NCBI GenBank assembly: GCA_002321395.1 | Contig: DCMK01000068.1 | Coordinates: 1-52,534, forward strand | Source of the DNA: Bacillales bacterium UBA1624 | GTDB lineage: Bacteria > Bacillota_I > Bacilli_A > RFN20 > CAG-826 | Direction of reading: 5' to 3' | Length of the DNA: 52,534 nucleotides | In this document: positions 13,158 to 20,768 of the stretch, piece after piece | Position numbering within the stretch: the first letter of the stretch is position 1 | Layout of the letters: each line of letters starts with the position of its first letter | Made by a program: the position numbers and the translations under genes | The notes under the pieces: model-generated | The model's input: the letters and a program-made list of their open reading frames with translations, nothing else | What the model was told of the DNA's origin: nothing | Databases searched by the model: none

Positions 13158-13185
13158 GTGACAAAGCGGCAGGAACTAGTAAAAT
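13158..13185 (+). promoter_or_regulatory. candidate sigma-A promoter GTGACA-16-TAAAAT for the YegP-domain membrane protein
   Basis: GTGACA at 13158-13163, 16-nt spacer, TAAAAT at 13180-13185, then AAAGGAGG SD and ATG at 13208. Confidence 0.5.
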
Positions 13186-13207
13186 GGGGCAAAAAGGAGG
13201 TTAATTC

Positions 13208-14716
13208 ATGATGAACAGCAAACGAAGCTTCCTCATCATCGCATCCGCTTTCGCTTTGCTTTGCGCCGCCGCGATCGGATGCTCTTTCATTCCATTCGCC
13301 AGCGCAGGGAGAATGGGGGAGTATTTCTCCGCGGAGAACTTTGGGTATTTGGGCCTATTGCTCAGCTTCCAAGGCGGGAAGGCTTTCGCCTTGGCCGGGG
13401 CCATCAGCTACGTCGGCATTGCCTTCGTCCTGGCGATGACCCTTCTTGGAATCAAAAAGAAGAAAGGGATTTCCTTGGTTCTGGAAGGACTCTCCGTCTT
13501 GGTAGGGGCCTTCGTCTTGATGCTCCTTTCTTCCTTCCTTGGATTCGGGAGGGATAATTCGTGGGCTTTGGGATTCGCGATCGCCTTGGCTTTGCTCGCC
13601 ATCGTCTCCGCCCTGCTTCCTTTTTGCTTCAAAGGAAGGGAAGAGGAAAGGAAACTGACCCCCCTTCCTTCGACCATCCCTTCGGTGGAAAGCAAAGCCG
13701 CCGAAAAGAGGAAGGATGAAGCCCCTTCGGAAACGAAGGAGGCGGAAGAGCCCGCGGAAGAAGGCAAAACGGAGGAATCCCCGAAGAAGGAGCCTTTGCA
13801 AGAGGCTGAGCCCAAAGGGGACGTCGAGCCGAAACAAGGGGAGGAGCCTCAGGAGGCCTTGAAGGAAGAAGAGAAGCCGCAGGAAGAAACCCCCAAGGAA
13901 GAGAAGCCCGCGGAGCAGCCTGGAAAAGCCGTCGCAAAGGAAGAAAAAACGGAGGAAAACGAAATGAAAGCCGAAAAGAAAGCCGCCAACAAAGCCCAAG
14001 GGAAGTATGAAGTCTATCCGGAAGCGGGGTTCTTCAAATACCGCTTGAAGGCCAACAACGGGGAAATCCTCATCGTCTCCAATGGGTATAAGACCCGGGA
14101 TGGGGCCCATAAAGGGATTGACACTTTGAAGAAGAACGTCGCCACCGGGGTCGCCAAAATCATCATCGACAAAAAGGGGTACGGCCAGTTCCGCATCTTC
14201 ACCCCGAACGATTCCCGCCTCATCGTCGCGGGCGAGTTCTACCCCAATCCCGCCGGGGCGCAGTCGGCCTTGAACTCCGTGGAGAAGTTCTACGGAACCG
14301 ACAAGATCGTCGATTTGGAGGAGATCCCCGATTCGGAGATCCGCGAATGGAGGATCGATCTTGGGAATGTGGAAGGCAGCGACAAAGGCAAGTTCGAGAT
14401 CTACGTCGACGAAGCCAAAAAGTTCCGCGGCAGGCTGCTCGCCAACAACGGTCAGCTTCTGTTCGCGACCGCGGCCTATACTTCCAAAGCCGGCGTCTTC
14501 GGGGCTTTGGCCAAGGCCCAGAAGAAATTCTCGAGCAAAGACGTCACCATCACCTGCGACAAGCAGGGGCGTTATCAGTTCGTCCTCTACGCCGACAACG
14601 GGGCCGTCTTGGTGATGGGCGAATCCTATCCCAACAAAGACCGCGCGATCTCGGCCGCGAAGAGCTCGAAGAACTTCGCCTTCAAGCCCACCATCGTCGA
14701 CGTCACTGAAGAATAA
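13208..14716 (+). CDS. membrane-anchored protein with four YegP/DUF1508 repeats
   Basis: The N-terminal ~145 aa contain 4-5 hydrophobic helices. Next comes a ~115-aa E/K/P-rich linker. From ~nt 14000 there are four repeats of the pattern GKYEVY...FRLKANNGEILI.S.GY....GA..GI..L (YegP-like). Strong SD upstream. Confidence 0.75.
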   Translation: MMNSKRSFLIIASAFALLCAAAIGCSFIPFASAGRMGEYFSAENFGYLGLLLSFQGGKAFALAGAISYVGIAFVLAMTLLGIKKKKGISLVLEGLSVLVGAFVLMLLSSFLGFGRDNSWALGFAIALALLAIVSALLPFCFKGREEERKLTPLPSTIPSVESKAAEKRKDEAPSETKEAEEPAEEGKTEESPKKEPLQEAEPKGDVEPKQGEEPQEALKEEEKPQEETPKEEKPAEQPGKAVAKEEKTEENEMKAEKKAANKAQGKYEVYPEAGFFKYRLKANNGEILIVSNGYKTRDGAHKGIDTLKKNVATGVAKIIIDKKGYGQFRIFTPNDSRLIVAGEFYPNPAGAQSALNSVEKFYGTDKIVDLEEIPDSEIREWRIDLGNVEGSDKGKFEIYVDEAKKFRGRLLANNGQLLFATAAYTSKAGVFGALAKAQKKFSSKDVTITCDKQGRYQFVLYADNGAVLVMGESYPNKDRAISAAKSSKNFAFKPTIVDVTEE

Positions 14717-14733
14717 CCTCAGTCCGAATTCCT

Positions 14734-14758
14734 GCCCTCGGGGAACCGAGGGCTTTTT
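14734..14758 (+). terminator. rho-independent terminator
   Basis: Perfect 8-bp stem GCCCTCGG / CCGAGGGC with GGAA loop, followed by TTTTT (14754-14758). Confidence 0.85.
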
Positions 14759-14839
14759 CGTTGTGGGTTCAATCGCCCCGGCGTGGCTTCTTTCCGCGCA
14801 TTCTTCTTGCATCTTCGCGAATCCGTCCTATCCTACCTA

Positions 14840-14858
14840 TATACCCTAGGGGGGTATA
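14840..14858 (+). promoter_or_regulatory. CsoR-type operator (GC-rich pseudo-palindrome)
   Basis: TATACCC-TAGGG-GGGTATA is a 7-bp inverted repeat around a G-tract, immediately upstream of csoR-copA. It resembles the TACCC...GGGGTA operators bound by Bacillus/Staphylococcus CsoR. Confidence 0.7.
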
Positions 14859-14861
14859 ATT

Positions 14862-15161
14862 ATGGAATGTCCGAATTGCCGAAAAAAGAAGCGCACGCCG
14901 CGGGGGGAGAAGGAGAAGAAATCCTTGGAGAACCGCATCGCGAAAATCCAGGGGCAGCTGAATGGCATCGCCTCGATGGTGGAGGATGACCGTTACTGTG
15001 GGGACGTTTTGATCCAAATCGCCGCGGTGGAGAAGGCCATCCAGTCTTTGGGCTATTTGATCCTCCAATCCCATTTGGAATCCTGCGTCAAAGAGGACGT
15101 CCTTTCGGGCAAGGATGGGGTGATGGAAGAGACGATGGACCTCATCAAAAAGCTGAAGTGA
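14862..15161 (+). CDS. csoR: copper-sensing transcriptional repressor, CsoR/RcnR (DUF156) family
   Basis: Core IAKIQGQLNGIASMVEDDRYCGDVLIQIAAV...SHLESC carries the Cys...His-x3-Cys copper ligand pattern. Lies directly upstream of copA. Start is uncertain: an alternative TTG at 14925 sits behind AGGAG. Confidence 0.85.
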   Translation: MECPNCRKKKRTPRGEKEKKSLENRIAKIQGQLNGIASMVEDDRYCGDVLIQIAAVEKAIQSLGYLILQSHLESCVKEDVLSGKDGVMEETMDLIKKLK

Positions 15162-15171
15162 GGAAAACTGC

Positions 15172-17766
15172 ATGACGGAAAACGAAAAATACGAAGTTTC
15201 GGGGATGACCTGCGCTTCCTGCTCCGCGCATGTGAGCAAAGCGGTCTCCTCTTTGAAAGGGGTGAAGGAGGTCAGCGTCAATCTTCTGACCAATTCGATG
15301 CTCGTGACCTACGATTCCCCTTGCTCGAGCCCGCAGATCTGCGAAGCGGTGAAGAAGGCCGGATATGGGGCGAAAAAGGAAGGGGAGGAGCAATCCGCTT
15401 CCAAGGCGGATTACGAGGATAAGGAAACCCCCAAGCTTCTGCGAAGGCTGATCTTCTCCTTTATTTTGTTGGCTCCGCTTTTCTATTTCTCCATGGGGTA
15501 TATGAATCCAGGCTGGGGGTGGCCTTTGGGAGCGATTGGGGAGAACCCCTTCTATTTCGGGCTTTTGGAGATGCTTCTTTCCGGTGCCCTTTTGCTGATC
15601 AACCGTTCCTTTTTCATCTCCGGTTTCTCCTCTTTGATCCATGGCGGGCCGAACATGGACACGTTGGTGAGCCTAGGAAGCGGGATCGCCTACCTTTACG
15701 GGATCATCGTCCTCTTCTTCATGGCGGGCTCCTTGTCCCCGGAGATGGGGGAAGAGGGCTGGGCCCATCTGATGCATCTATCGATGGGGCTTACCTTCGA
15801 AACCGCGGGGATGGTCCCGACCCTCATCACGATCGGGAAAGTCCTCGAATCCTATTCCAAAGGGAAAACCACGAATGCGATCCGTTCTTTGATGGACCTT
15901 TCCCCCAAACAGGCGACCCTCCTGGTGGATGGGGAAGAGAAGGTCGTCCCCGCGGAGAGGGTCCAAGTCGGGGATGTCTTTTTGGTTCGACCCGGGGAGG
16001 CCTTCCCAGTGGATGGGGTCATCCTAAAAGGGAGCAGCTCCGTAGATGAATCGGCTTTGTCCGGGGAAAGCGCTCCGGTGGATAAGAAAGAAGGCGATTC
16101 GGTTTCCTCCTCCACGATCAACCAAAACGGCGCCTTGGAGTGCAGGGCCACGCGGGTCGGGGAGGAAACGACGCTTCGGCAAATCGTGAAGATGGTCGAG
16201 CAGGCTTCTTCCACCAAAACGAAGATCAGCGGTTTGGCCGACAAGGTTTCCGGGGTGTTCGTCCCGGTTGTGCTTTCCTTCGCCGTTTTGGTGTTCCTGG
16301 GCTGGATCTGCTTTGGGCGCGATTACGTATCCGGGACCGGGGTGAGCGGGGATGCGTTCTCCTATGCCTTGGAACGGGGCATTTCCGTCCTCGTCGTGGC
16401 TTGCCCCTGCGCGTTGGGTCTGGCCACCCCGGTCGCCATCATGGTCGGTTCAGGGAAAGGGGCGAAGAACGGGATCCTCTTCAAAAACGCTTCCTCTTTG
16501 GAGGAAACCGGGAAGATGGATTTCGTGGTCCTGGACAAGACGGGAACTTTGACCGAGGGGAAGCCCCTCGTCACGGATGTGGTGCCCGCATCGGGGTTCA
16601 GCGAGGAATCCCTGCTTTCTTTGGCCGCCGGGCTGGAAGCCCCGTCTGAGCATCCTTTGGCGAAGGCGATTGTGGATGAGGCGAAGAAGCGTTCTTTGCC
16701 TTATTCCCGCGCCGAAGCCTTTCAGGCGCTGGTGGGAGCGGGCGTGGAAGGGAAGATCGACGGTGAGGTTTGCTATGGCGGGAAACTCGGGTTTTTGCAG
16801 GGGAAAGCCGCGCTGGGACAAAAATACGCGGAGCTTTGCGATTCTTTCTCCCAGGAAGGGAAGACCCCTCTTTTGTTCGCCAAGGGCGATTCTCTGGCGG
16901 GGATCATCGCCGTTTCCGACGTTCTAAAAGAAGACAGCCCTCAAGCGGTGGAGGAGTTCAAACGTTTGGGCTTGGTCCCCGTGATGCTGACCGGGGATAA
17001 CCCCGTGACGGCGGAATACATCGCCAAAAAAGCGGGGATCGATTATTTCAGAGCCTCCTTGCTTCCGGAAGAGAAGCTCCAATGGATTCAGTCTCTGAAG
17101 CGATATGGCAAAGTCGCGATGGTGGGGGATGGGATCAACGATGCGCCCGCCTTGACCTGCGCCGACATCGGCATCGCGATCGGCGCCGGGAGCGACGTGG
17201 CCTTGGATTCCTCAAGCGTCGTGCTGATGAAGGGGTCTCTCCGCGATGCCTGCGCGGCCATCCGCCTTTCCCGCCATACCTTGCTCAATGTGAAGGAAAA
17301 CCTGTTCTGGGCTTTCTTCTACAATTTGATCATGATCCCCATCGCCGCGGGGGCCTTCTCCGCGCTTGGCCTTGGGAAGCTGAAACCGTGGTACGGGGCG
17401 TTGGCGATGGCGTTATCCTCCGTCTGCGTCGTGCTGAATGCCCTGCGCATCAATTTCTACCATCTCTATAAAGGGCCTAGGGTGCCCAGCCGGAATAAGG
17501 CGAATCCCCAATTCAAAAGCCTCTTTGCCTCAACGGAGGAGAAAGGAGATACAACCATGGAGGTGAAGGAAATCAAAGTCGAAGGCATGAGCTGCCCGCA
17601 TTGCGTGGCCCACGTCAAATCCGCTTTGGAAGCAGTCCCGGGCGTAAAAGAAGCCGCCGTCAGCCTTGAAAAAAAGAAGGCGGTCGTGACGTGCGCAGAG
17701 CCCGTCGCGGACGAGATCCTTGTCGAAGCCATCGAGAAGGCGGGCTACAAAGCGAAGATGAAATAA
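15172..17766 (+). CDS. copA: copper-translocating P1B-type ATPase with N-terminal HMA domain and fused C-terminal CopZ-like HMA domain
   Basis: GMTCASC (N-terminal HMA), TGE region, CPC (VVACPCALGLATP), DKTGTLT, GDGINDAP. The C-terminal 69 aa (MEVKEIKVEGMSCPHCV...) form a second HMA domain. Confidence 0.95.
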   Translation: MTENEKYEVSGMTCASCSAHVSKAVSSLKGVKEVSVNLLTNSMLVTYDSPCSSPQICEAVKKAGYGAKKEGEEQSASKADYEDKETPKLLRRLIFSFILLAPLFYFSMGYMNPGWGWPLGAIGENPFYFGLLEMLLSGALLLINRSFFISGFSSLIHGGPNMDTLVSLGSGIAYLYGIIVLFFMAGSLSPEMGEEGWAHLMHLSMGLTFETAGMVPTLITIGKVLESYSKGKTTNAIRSLMDLSPKQATLLVDGEEKVVPAERVQVGDVFLVRPGEAFPVDGVILKGSSSVDESALSGESAPVDKKEGDSVSSSTINQNGALECRATRVGEETTLRQIVKMVEQASSTKTKISGLADKVSGVFVPVVLSFAVLVFLGWICFGRDYVSGTGVSGDAFSYALERGISVLVVACPCALGLATPVAIMVGSGKGAKNGILFKNASSLEETGKMDFVVLDKTGTLTEGKPLVTDVVPASGFSEESLLSLAAGLEAPSEHPLAKAIVDEAKKRSLPYSRAEAFQALVGAGVEGKIDGEVCYGGKLGFLQGKAALGQKYAELCDSFSQEGKTPLLFAKGDSLAGIIAVSDVLKEDSPQAVEEFKRLGLVPVMLTGDNPVTAEYIAKKAGIDYFRASLLPEEKLQWIQSLKRYGKVAMVGDGINDAPALTCADIGIAIGAGSDVALDSSSVVLMKGSLRDACAAIRLSRHTLLNVKENLFWAFFYNLIMIPIAAGAFSALGLGKLKPWYGALAMALSSVCVVLNALRINFYHLYKGPRVPSRNKANPQFKSLFASTEEKGDTTMEVKEIKVEGMSCPHCVAHVKSALEAVPGVKEAAVSLEKKKAVVTCAEPVADEILVEAIEKAGYKAKMK
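17542..17559 (+). promoter_or_regulatory. internal SD (AAAGGAG) plus in-frame ATG at the start of the CopZ-like domain inside copA
   Basis: GGAGGAGAAAGGAGATACAACCATG. The ATG at 17557 is in frame with copA. The downstream 69 codons equal a stand-alone CopZ in length and carry its MxCxxC motif. Confidence 0.5.
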
Positions 17767-17788
17767 GGAGGGGATGCCCTCCTTATTT
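17761..17788. terminator. bidirectional hairpin terminator between convergent copA and the M24 peptidase gene
   Basis: AAATAAGGAGGG-GATG-CCCTCCTTATTT with a T-run on the + strand. It spans both stop codons (17764-66 and 17783-85). Confidence 0.8.
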
Positions 17789-18967
17789 TTTAAGCAAGGG
17801 GATGATTTCCTCCTGCTGGCCGGCTAGGACGAGGAGTTTCCCTCCTTCGTTGAACAGATCGGTTTCGCTGCGCATCCCGAAATCGGGCGCGTAGATCCCC
17901 GGTTCGTCGGAGAAGGAAGTCTGATCGAGCAGATACCGCGAATCGAGGGTTTCGTAATCGTCGAGGTTGGCGCCGGGGCCATGGGGGGAAACATCGTTGC
18001 TGATGTTGTGGCCGACGCGGTGGAGGAAATAGTCCCCATAGCCGGCTTCGGCGATGATGCTCCGGGCGACGTCATCGGCTTCGAAGGCTTTCACCTTCCT
18101 CAATGGGAGGTTCTCCTTTAGGAATCCAATGACCCCATCCCGGGCCGCTTTGACGATTTCGAAGCGCTTCGCGAAGACCTCAGGGACGCTTTCCCCGACG
18201 TAGGCCATCCAGGTGATGTCGGCGTAGCCGGCCTCCGGATCGTCGAATTTGGCCCACATATCGATGAGGACCAAATCCCCTTTCCGGATTGGGGAATGCT
18301 CGCTTTCGCTCGGACCGTAATGGGGGTCGGAGGCGTTTTTCCCAATCGCGACGATCGCGGGATCGTCGTAGACCATCCCCTCTTCGTGGAAGCGATCGCA
18401 GATGAACTGCTGGATCTCATATTCGTCGCTTTCGCCTTCCCTCAGCACGTCTTGGGCGATCTTTTGAAAAGCTTCGTCTTTGATTTGGAGAGCGATTTTG
18501 CAGGCTTTTTTCTGCAGTTCCTTGCCTTTTTTGGAAAGGGGGGCCGTCAGGGATTGCAGGACGTTCATGCTGGAAGCGACTTCGATGCCGAGGCTTTTGA
18601 CGAAGTCGACGGAGCCGTAATCGGCGAGGGAAACCCTCATCAATAAGCCGTTGTCGGAGACGTCCATCAATACCCGTTTGAATCCGGCGAGGGCTTCTTT
18701 TTCTTCTCGGAGCATTTCCTGCCAGGTTTTGTAGACGGATAGGCCAAAAGCGGCGGATATGTCTTGCCCTTTCAAAAACACTTGGTCGATGACGTGGCAG
18801 ACGATGGTCGGCCTTCCTTGGCAGGGGATGACGAGGACGATCTTCCGCGTGAGCATCTTATGCCCCAACAGGGTTGCGACGACGGGGTTCCGGTTCTCGT
18901 AATCGACCAAAACCCAGGCATCCGCCTGCTCTTCTTGGATTTGCTTTTGGATTTCTTGAATCTTCAT
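17783..18967 (-). CDS. M24-family Xaa-Pro aminopeptidase/dipeptidase
   Basis: Creatinase-like N-terminal domain plus pita-bread C-terminal domain with metal-ligand contexts DMWA..., HRVGHNI, SDEPGIY. Confidence 0.85.
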   Translation of the reverse strand: MKIQEIQKQIQEEQADAWVLVDYENRNPVVATLLGHKMLTRKIVLVIPCQGRPTIVCHVIDQVFLKGQDISAAFGLSVYKTWQEMLREEKEALAGFKRVLMDVSDNGLLMRVSLADYGSVDFVKSLGIEVASSMNVLQSLTAPLSKKGKELQKKACKIALQIKDEAFQKIAQDVLREGESDEYEIQQFICDRFHEEGMVYDDPAIVAIGKNASDPHYGPSESEHSPIRKGDLVLIDMWAKFDDPEAGYADITWMAYVGESVPEVFAKRFEIVKAARDGVIGFLKENLPLRKVKAFEADDVARSIIAEAGYGDYFLHRVGHNISNDVSPHGPGANLDDYETLDSRYLLDQTSFSDEPGIYAPDFGMRSETDLFNEGGKLLVLAGQQEEIIPLLKK

Positions 18968-18990
18968 GATGGGCTTCCCCTCTCAGGGAG

Positions 18991-18999
18991 ATTATACCA
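18991..18999 (-). promoter_or_regulatory. extended -10 promoter TGGTATAAT for the M24 peptidase gene
   Basis: The minus strand reads TGGTATAAT, then 23 nt containing GAGAGGGGAAG (SD-like), then ATG at 18967. Confidence 0.55.
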
Positions 19000-19016
19000 C
19001 CCACGCGAAACGCCTT

Positions 19017-19025
19017 TGGTATAAT
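19017..19025 (+). promoter_or_regulatory. extended -10 promoter TGGTATAAT, 9 nt upstream of the GH2 start (leaderless-type)
   Basis: TGGTATAAT-gagcccgtt-ATGATG. No SD in the gap. Confidence 0.55.
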
Positions 19026-19034
19026 GAGCCCGTT

Positions 19035-20768
19035 ATGATGACCCATGAAGGCGAAGCCTTGAACCGTTGCTGCCCCCGGAGCGAATACCCTCGACCCCAA
19101 TTCCAGAGGGATTCCTATTTTTGCTTGAATGGAGCATGGGAGTTCTGCAAAAACCAAAGTCCGGAGCACCCCTCTTCTTACCCAAAAACCATTTTGGTCC
19201 CTTTTTCCGTGGAATCCCCTCTTTCGGGAGTGAAAGAGAAAGTCGGGCCCCATGATTTCCTTCATTATCGGAAAACCTTCTCCGCCCCGGAAGGGTTCGC
19301 TGGGAAAAGGGTTTTGATCCATTTCGATGCGGTCGATCAGGTCGCGGATGTTTACTGCAATGGCGTCTTGCTCGGCCACCACGAAGGGGGCTACATCCCT
19401 TTTGAAGTCGAAGTTCCCTCTTTGGAACAAGAAAACGAACTCATCCTCCTCGTCAAAGACGATACGTCCTCGCCTTTTTTCCCGCGCGGGAAGCAAAACG
19501 ATCGCCCCGGCGGGATTTGGTACCATCCCACCTCGGGCATTTGGGGAAGCGTGTGGATGGAGACGATCCCGGAGAAGGCGGTGCGCTCGATGAAAATCAC
19601 CCCGCGCTTCGACGAAAAGAAGGTGGGCTTCCAGCTGGACGCGGAAAAGGTGTTCCCGGGGGCCTACGTCTCGATCCTCTTTCAGGGAAAGGAAGTAGCC
19701 AGGGCCCTTTTCAACGAATTCGGATTCGCGGAGGCTTCCTTGAGTTCTTGCTTCCATCCTTGGAGCCCGGAGGAACCCGCTTTGTATCGGGTCCTCATCG
19801 GGTGCGGGGAGGATCGGGTTTCCTCTTATTTCGGCATGCGGAAGTTCGGAAAGGCCAAACTCAATGGGGAAACGGTGTTTGCTTTGAACGATAAGCCCTA
19901 TTTGATGAAAGGGGTTTTGGATCAAGGCTATTTCCCCGATGGCGGATTGACCGCCCCGAGCGACAAAGCGATGGTGGATGACATCGCTTTGATGAAAAGA
20001 ATGGGATTCAACATGCTGCGCAAGCACATCAAAATCGAGCCTTTGCGTTGGTATTACCATTGCGACGCCATGGGGATGTTGGTCATCCAAGATTTCGTGA
20101 ATGTTGGCAAACCCTATAAACCCCTCCTTTTGGCGCTTGCCCCATTTTTGCATTTGCCTTTTAAAGATGATCGGCAAAAGGATTATCGGCTGTTCGGGGT
20201 CGGGGAAAAGGAAAGCAGGGAACGCTTTGAGGCCCAAGTCCGGGATATCCCCGCTTTGTTGGGGAACGTCGTTTCCCTTTGCGCCTATGTCGTTTTTAAC
20301 GAAGGTTGGGGGCAGTTCGACTCCGCTCGGGTCAGCCAAGAGGTGAAGAACGTCGATCCCAGCCGCCTCGTCGATGCCCATTGCGGCTGGTTCGATCAGG
20401 GGGCGGGGGATTTCTCTGGGGACCACATCTATTTCCGGAAGATCAGGATGGCCAACGATCGCCGCAGGATCCTCTTCCTTTCCGAATTCGGAGGGTATTC
20501 CCAAAGGATCAAGGGGCATGTTTATTCCCCCAAGAACTTCGGTTACAAGGTTTGCGCCAGCAAGGAAAAACTCGAAAAAGGCTTGAGTTCCCTTTTCCTG
20601 AACCAGCTGGGTCCGCAGATAAAAAAGAACAAGATCTCCGCGTATGTCTTCACTCAGCTCAGTGACGTTGAGCAGGAAACCAACGGCCTTATCAGCTATG
20701 ATAGGGAGGTCATTAAGGCGGATGTCGATTTGATGAAGCGTCTGAATGACTCCATGGAGTTAAAATGA
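19035..20768 (+). CDS. glycoside hydrolase family 2 protein
   Basis: N-terminus EYPRPQFQRDSYFCLNGAWEF, HFDAVDQVADVYCNG (sugar-binding domain), TIM-barrel motifs VVFNEGWGQ (acid/base) and LSEFGG (nucleophile). Start moved to the internal ATG at 19035 because the track start at 18966 overlaps the divergent gene's start. Confidence 0.8.
   Translation: MMTHEGEALNRCCPRSEYPRPQFQRDSYFCLNGAWEFCKNQSPEHPSSYPKTILVPFSVESPLSGVKEKVGPHDFLHYRKTFSAPEGFAGKRVLIHFDAVDQVADVYCNGVLLGHHEGGYIPFEVEVPSLEQENELILLVKDDTSSPFFPRGKQNDRPGGIWYHPTSGIWGSVWMETIPEKAVRSMKITPRFDEKKVGFQLDAEKVFPGAYVSILFQGKEVARALFNEFGFAEASLSSCFHPWSPEEPALYRVLIGCGEDRVSSYFGMRKFGKAKLNGETVFALNDKPYLMKGVLDQGYFPDGGLTAPSDKAMVDDIALMKRMGFNMLRKHIKIEPLRWYYHCDAMGMLVIQDFVNVGKPYKPLLLALAPFLHLPFKDDRQKDYRLFGVGEKESRERFEAQVRDIPALLGNVVSLCAYVVFNEGWGQFDSARVSQEVKNVDPSRLVDAHCGWFDQGAGDFSGDHIYFRKIRMANDRRRILFLSEFGGYSQRIKGHVYSPKNFGYKVCASKEKLEKGLSSLFLNQLGPQIKKNKISAYVFTQLSDVEQETNGLISYDREVIKADVDLMKRLNDSMELK

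Noticed and set aside
13655-13999. Repetitive GAAGAAGAG/CCGCAGGAAGAA-type sequence that could be mistaken for a tandem-repeat or CRISPR-like array.
   Set aside because: It is in frame within the 13208-14716 CDS and encodes the E/K/P linker. The units are irregular, and there is no repeat-spacer periodicity.
14765-14774. GGGTTCAATC resembling a tRNA T-arm in the intergenic region upstream of csoR.
   Set aside because: The flanking bases do not form a T-stem, acceptor stem or anticodon arm, so no cloverleaf can be drawn.
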